Part shown: piece after piece, positions 58,171-64,000 of the stretch
Layout: every line of letters starts with the position of its first letter
How positions within the stretch are numbered: position 1 is the first letter of the stretch
Assembly (NCBI GenBank): GCA_025594325.1
Contig: JANHCV010000006.1
Coordinates: 372,001 to 436,000, forward strand
Direction of reading: 5' to 3'
Source: Blastocladiella emersonii ATCC 22665
Lineage: Eukaryota; Fungi; Blastocladiomycota
DNA length: 64,000 bases
Notes under the pieces: model-generated
The model's database searches: none
Told to the model about the DNA's origin: nothing
Seen by the model: the letters and a program-made list of their open reading frames with translations, nothing else
Program-made: the position numbers and the translations under genes

Positions 58171-58944
58171 CAGGTTGCCGTGGCAGGGTGCAGACATGCT
58201 GCGCGGCCTGACTCCCTTGACGTTTTCTCGTGGAGTTCGCAAACAGTATTAACCGAAACGGCGATCGATCAAGTCGCACGACGTGGGCGGTGAGAAGCGG
58301 GGCCATGACGCGTCGCTCTCGCGCTCGCGGGAGTGCGTCACCGCCTCTGACGCACTGACCCTTCCGAACCCTGCGAGCGAAATGAGCCCTTGGCGCTCAA
58401 TCCCGGCACTTGCCCACTCTCGAGCCTCGCTTCCGCGCTTCCGTGCTTCCGCGCAAACGACGGCGCAGCAGCAGCAACGCAACCCCACACGCCGTGGCAG
58501 CAGCGACGAGACGATGGCCGCCACGGCGCCCGCTGCGGGGGCAGGGCTCGAGCCTTGATGATTGGCAGGGCTGCCCCCGCGCCTCTTTCGCGCTGCTGCG
58601 CCGCGCCTCCGCCTCGGCCGCCGTCGCGATGCCCAAACTTAAATTTGTCCGAGGCCGCGCAATCGTGAGGTGTGCTCCGGGACTCGCCGAGGGCCGAGAA
58701 GCGCGAGAAAACGTGTTCGTGCAGCGCAGCTCCGCTCAGCCCGAGTTGAAACGTCCGACGTGAAAGAGAGTGGATGACAGTGGAGAAAACACTTTTAGTA
58801 GGTTTATAGAACACAATCAATTACACGCGGAGGGAGAGCGGGGCGACGCGCGCCCGAAGGAAGGGGAGACGGGAAGATATAGGGGAAACGGTTGAGAGGG
58901 AGGTGGACGTGTCGTCCGTGATGGAGACACTGATCCGCCCAGTG

Positions 58945-60057
58945 CTACCACAGGCCGAGCGAGCGGATCGACGGCAGGACGACCGACGACGGCGCGGCCG
59001 CGACGGGCGCGAGCGGGAGCGCCGACGCCAGGGTGCGCGGTTGCACGCGGGGCGACGCCGACCCGGACGCACACCGCGGGCGCGCGAGCGATGCGAACGC
59101 GGGCGACGCGGCCGGCGACGGGTACTGCCACACCTGCTGCTGCTCTTGCGGAACGGGGACCGTCCACGGCGCGGGCTCGGGCACCTCGGCGTCGGGCGTG
59201 GGCGGGAGGTGCGACTGCGTGGCGGCCATGGCGGCCCACGGCGACGCGACGGGCGCGTTGAGGTTCAGGTTGGCGGTGATGCACTGGACCGTGGCGGGCG
59301 CGACCTTGGGCGAGTAGCAGCCCATGGCGGGCGACATGGGCGACGGCGGCAGCGGGAGCGACAGGGACAGGGCCATGGGGCTGCCGGCGCCCGTGGCGGA
59401 TGAAGCGCGCCGCGCGAGCGCCGAGGCCTTGGTCAGGTGCAGCGTCGGGCTCGCTGACACGGGCCGCGGCGGCGGCACGGCCAGGGTCAGCGGCGACGGC
59501 GAGTGCTTGGAGGAGGTGAGGATGGCGGGCGAGGGCGGCGAGGCCGAGCCGCGCGCCTGCTCGCGGATGCTGAGCAGCAGGTGCGCCGCGTCGAGCGGGC
59601 TGGTCTCGGGGCCGTCGACGGCCATGAGCTCGACCGACTCGGGCTCGGCGGCGGGCGCGACGACGGGCGACTTGGCGGTGGCAGCGGACGCGAGGGCAGC
59701 AGCAGCGGCCTTCTTGGACGGCTTGGCCGAGGATGCGGAGCGCGGCGAGGCCTTGGCGGCGGGGGCAATGGCGACGAGGCCCTTGTGGTGGGCCGGCTTG
59801 CGGCGCGGCTCGCGCGGGGCCTTGCTGTGGACGCGCTCGTGGCGGATCAGCTCGTCGGAGCGGGCGAAGCGGCGCTGGCAGTCGGGGAACCGGCACGCGT
59901 GCGGCTTCTCGCCCGTGTGGACGCGGTGATGGCGCTGCAGGTGCTCGAGCCGCGAGAAGCGCTGCTCGCACTCGGCGCACACGTAGGGGCGCAGCCGGTA
60001 CACCTGGTCGGCCGTCGAGGAGGGGGAATTTGTGGATGAGGTGGTCGGGGAGGACAT
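58945..60057 (-). CDS. creA: C2H2 zinc-finger carbon catabolite repressor, CreA/Mig1 family, 370 aa
   Basis: Two fingers [55 protein letters not shown]; C-terminal LPSIRSL resembles the CreA/Mig1 effector motif. Confidence 0.85.
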   Translation of the reverse strand: MSSPTTSSTNSPSSTADQVYRLRPYVCAECEQRFSRLEHLQRHHRVHTGEKPHACRFPDCQRRFARSDELIRHERVHSKAPREPRRKPAHHKGLVAIAPAAKASPRSASSAKPSKKAAAAALASAATAKSPVVAPAAEPESVELMAVDGPETSPLDAAHLLLSIREQARGSASPPSPAILTSSKHSPSPLTLAVPPPRPVSASPTLHLTKASALARRASSATGAGSPMALSLSLPLPPSPMSPAMGCYSPKVAPATVQCITANLNLNAPVASPWAAMAATQSHLPPTPDAEVPEPAPWTVPVPQEQQQVWQYPSPAASPAFASLARPRCASGSASPRVQPRTLASALPLAPVAAAPSSVVLPSIRSLGLW

Positions 60058-63000
60058 GGTGGAGATGGTGGTCGGGCGGGGTGGGTGGAGGAGGTCGGTG
60101 ATGGACGGGACGGGATGGGATGGATGAGATGGGACCCGAGCGGGGGCGGGCGGGGGTTTTGAAGCCCCGGGGGGTGCGTGGCCAGGTCGACGAGGGCACC
60201 TCGGGTCGCAGCAGGTCGTCGCGCGCTATCTCGGCTGCTGCCGGCTGGGGGCAGCCACGGCAGGCGGTGAGCCACGCCAGCGTGGGTAGGTGGCTAGCCC
60301 CATATTGCGAATCCGCGCGTTTCAGGTTCTCCGCCGAGGCGCCGCGCGCGATGTCGCATCGTCGGACCGACCCCGGCCTCCCGGGCCCTCGGCAACCGCG
60401 CACCTGCGCCTGGCGCCTGCACCGACGCGCTCACGCGACGAGGCGCACGGTCATGGAAGAGGAGGACGATGCGTACAGCCTCACTCACGCGCTAGCTCGC
60501 GGTGGTCGGAACCGCGGCCTCGACGCGATCTCACGGGAAGCGCGCGCCGTGGTTCGCGCAGGGTGGGGGAAGGGACGAACCCACCACGCGATTTCAGGGG
60601 TCGAGAAGCCCAGGTATTGCCCGCATGAAGATGAAGAGGATCCTTTACGTCACTCGACCGCGAAATGAATGAATTGCCTTGCTCTGCGCGCGCGGGGAAG
60701 GGATAGACGGCGGATGCAGCGCGGCGCAGCGCGTCTCGGATCAAATTTGCGATCAAACGCATACGTTTAAAAACACGCTTGGCACCTCTTCGGGCAGCTT
60801 TCGGGGGACCCCGCTGAGCTGAGCTCCCCGCACTCGCGCCTATTTTTGCTCACACCTACGACGTGGCCAATCATAAGATGATTGTCCTGAATGTTCGGTG
60901 ACCCGGTCCGCTCCGCATGTTGCTGAGGAACATTCTCCTACTCACCTACGCGTCCAGTCGTCGTCGTGTCGGGCTCACTGCGTCCCGCAGGCGGGGATCA
61001 CTTCGACGATCACGTCACGTCTGGAACCGTGCGCCATGCCGCAGCGTGCGTTCCCCTCGAATCCGTCCGACTGCGCCATGTAAAATTACTCGAGCCCCGT
61101 TTACCCTCTGGTGTTGCGCACCGCGGCCTCCCTCTACGCGTGATCCTCGAACCGTCGTCGTCTCAGTGTCACATCGCACGGCTGGTGCACGGCGCCGGGG
61201 GACGGAGATAGCACGCCGTGCAGGCGAATCTGACGAAGCGAACGAGGCGCTGGGTCCCGCGGATCTCGTCCCGAGTTCTCGGCCGCCGCCTCTGCGCCCT
61301 GCGGCTGCGCCGCTTGCAAACCCTCCGTCCGCATGCGGCGCCATCTTTCGATAATCGCGCGGCGGCGCGTTTCGAGTAGCGTAGAAGATGGGCTGGAACG
61401 GCTGCTTCACCTGGCGTCTGGTGCCGCGGAGGCGGAGTCGGCTGCTGCTGCGCCACCACGCGCTCAGCCCCGCGAGCGGCTGAGCGCGCTCCGTCGCACA
61501 CACACGCGCCGCGCGTCGCGCCATATATTCAGTCCGGGCTGTGGAGGGTCACGCGCTCATGTGCCGCCCGCCGTGGCGGAGGCGCGGACGCGGAAGCGGG
61601 CGACCGATGCCGAGCGCAGGGGTCCCCTCCGCAGCGACTCGGGTGGTGGACCCGTTGAATTCGCGTCGCTGTCGTCGTCGGGCGACGTGTGAATTCACAC
61701 CACGTCCAATTTGCGCTCGTGCGCAACCAACGGGTGAATGACACACGACTTGCCCATCCGAGGGACCGGTGACGCATTCGCGGTGTGATTACCCCGCAAT
61801 CTCGCAGCGCACGCGGCCACGACGCGCGGGACCGCGATCGAAGAAGCATGGGTCCGCCTGGTTCACGGCGGCGGCTGTGCGCGAGCGACCCGCATTCAAG
61901 CGTGCACGCTCGCTCGCGCGCGCGCGCGTGAGAAGCACGCAAACGTGGAAGCGTGCGTATGATTTTGGCCGGCCGCGAGCGCTGTTGCGTGTCTGCATCA
62001 ACAAGCGCTCCCGTTGTGAGGCCTCGGACGCACCGCATCCACGGCGACCGCCGCATTTCACGCCTTATTCAGCAGCGGAGGTGCCTCACCGACGACGCGG
62101 ACTGACTGGATCACGACGCGTCGCAGACGCGTGGGCCTCAGACTCCGATCCGGGGGATGCAGACGCGACTTTCACGCGCTGGTTGCCCGTTCGAGCACAC
62201 GCGCGGTGCAAACTCAAGCGCGCCGCACACACAACGTTGCGGGGGAATCGTGCTCGCCCAATACGGCCCGGTTTCTCCGCACCTCGCGTCGCGTCGTTTA
62301 TCGTGCGCGTGCAGGCGTGCGGGGGGAACGCGTGGGCGTCGCTGGTCGACTACGCCACCCCCGACGAGCACCCCCACAATCAGTGAGCTTGCAAGATGGC
62401 GGATCTCGCCGCCGCTGGCGTACGTTGTCCTTCGCGCGCGCGCGCGCGCCAAAGTTCGCGAGAACAAGGCTGGCCGCTTCGCCGCGCTGGTCTCGCCGAA
62501 TGCCCGGCCTCGCTCATTCGCGCACATTGTTCACACACACTGAGTCTGGACCCACGCGCGCGAGCGATAAGCGAGATGTGGGAGTCGAGTGAAGCGGAGG
62601 GCGGTGACGCGGCGGTGACAGGGGCCATCAGTGATTCGATCACGGCGCGTCGCGTCGACTTTTCGCCACTCTTCTGTCGACCGCTTGGTTGACCGCTTAC
62701 ACGCGCGTAATCTGATCTCTGCTCGCTTTTGCACGGTATGGACGATGAACGGCTCGAAAATGCACGCGTTCGAGACCCGCCAGTCCAAGCGACGCGCCGT
62801 GACGCGCCGCGCCGCGCCGCGCGCGTGCGGGGTAAACGACGCGTCATTCTTCCATTCCGGGGCCTCCACCCCGCAGCCTCTCCTCTGCTCTGCTCTGCGG
62901 GGGGCACCAACACGTTTTCGTGCCCGCTGTGGGCGTTGGGGGGACCCAGTCTCAGCATCCTGCAGGGCTCGGCCGACCGAATTCGCGCGCCAGTTGACGT

Positions 63001-63670
63001 CACCTCCTCACCGCTCGCGCTGCGCCTCCTCTTTCTTTCCTCGCGTATTGCCGGCGCCGGCCTGCGGGGGAAGTGTGGCGCCCACCGGACGCGGACGACA
63101 GGGGGCGGCGTGCATGAAGATGCATGGGGCGCGCGTCCGTTGTTCCTCCGAGATGAAACACACGCAACGCTCCGGCTCCGGGATCCCCGCGTCTTTCCCT
63201 TCCCGGCCCTGACAATGACCCGGTGGTGGGCGTGCCACCTCCGCACCCTGCGTCGGCGTGACGTAACCGGCCGTGATGAAAGAGGAGGCCTGGCGCCGAC
63301 CGACGTGTATCACAATGCGGGGGCGCGGGGATGCGTGGCCATCGTCCGGCGAATCGGGAGCGTCGGTGGCTGCGATATGGATCGCGGAGAGCTGCCGACT
63401 GCGCCCTTGTTCGCCCGACCCGACCCACCCGTCCGCGCCTAATCTTTGAGAGGGGGCGCGTCGTGATTCGCCAGGGCTGAGTTTGGCCGCGGCCGACTTG
63501 CATGAAGATCACCGCGTCGCGTCGCGTCGTTGCCGTCAGCGACTTGGTCTGGACCGGATCGCCAAGAATTCGGCCCGGCCCGGCTCACCTCGGCTCGGAA
63601 GACAGAGCATGATCGAGCAACAAAACTAGAGCTGTTGCTGGTCTATTCTCCACACACGCGTCACAGTGCC

Positions 63671-64000
63671 TCACAGGCCCTTGTTGTAGTAGACGTGGGT
63701 GATGGGCTTCCCCTCCTCGTCGCGCAGGCCGTGGAACTTGGGCTCGAGGTCGGCCACGGCCACGCGCGCCTGCTGCGGGAACAGCGCGATCGCGCACGGT
63801 AGCGCCGTCATGAGCGAGCCGGCGACCACAGCTACATGATCGCGAAGGGTAAGATGACGCGCAACACGCCGCGAAGAAAAAAAACCGTACCGAGGTTGAT
63901 CGGGATCAGCATGCGCGGGTTAGCCTTAAAGTACGCGCGGTGCGTGAACTGCGCCATGACGAGGGGCGGAACCACAAGACACGGGAACGACGTGGCGACG
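63671..64000 (-). CDS. FSF1: Sideroflexin-family mitochondrial transporter, 3' end (gene continues beyond the window)
   Basis: Exon 64000-63891, intron 63890-63832 (GTACGG..TAG), exon 63831-63671. LPCAIALFPQ..LEP..YYNKGL* is the sideroflexin C-terminus. Confidence 0.9.

Noticed and set aside
60060-60200. SYGGRG CreA-binding sites suggesting autoregulation
   Set aside because: Such hexamers are frequent by chance at this GC content.
1-64000. tRNA, rRNA or snRNA genes
   Set aside because: No cloverleaf, A/B-box pair or rRNA/snRNA signature recognised by eye; small ncRNAs could have been missed.

Overview
GC-rich, intron-containing eukaryotic DNA, most likely from an early-diverging fungus (inference from gene content and 55-81 nt GT..AG introns); no rRNA, tRNA or CRISPR features were seen. 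Conserved genes: ALG6, a YND1-type apyrase, HAT1, NSP1, G-protein beta subunit, PRMT5, a CreA/Mig1-type zinc-finger repressor, and the 3' end of a sideroflexin. The left 26 kb is accessory. It holds an orphan ORF with two extended CCHC knuckles, an SMG1 kinase lacking its N-terminal part, and a tandem pair of secreted, probably GPI-anchored proteins resembling the algal cobalamin-uptake protein CBA1. It also holds three tandem F-box/LRR-like paralogs (one intact); the middle one is split by a 7.9-kb Ty1/copia element. That element has near-identical 377-bp LTRs, a TCGGC target-site duplication, non-canonical (A/G)G...CT termini, a deleted integrase core and an apparent intron at the gag start. 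Further right are a Pro/His-rich protein with an integrase-type H2C2 domain, a second decaying F-box-like cluster, MITE-like repeats and a degenerate non-coding duplication. All 19 host introns I could model carry C at +4 and G at +5 of the donor. Exon models and family assignments were made by eye and from remembered motifs, not by search.
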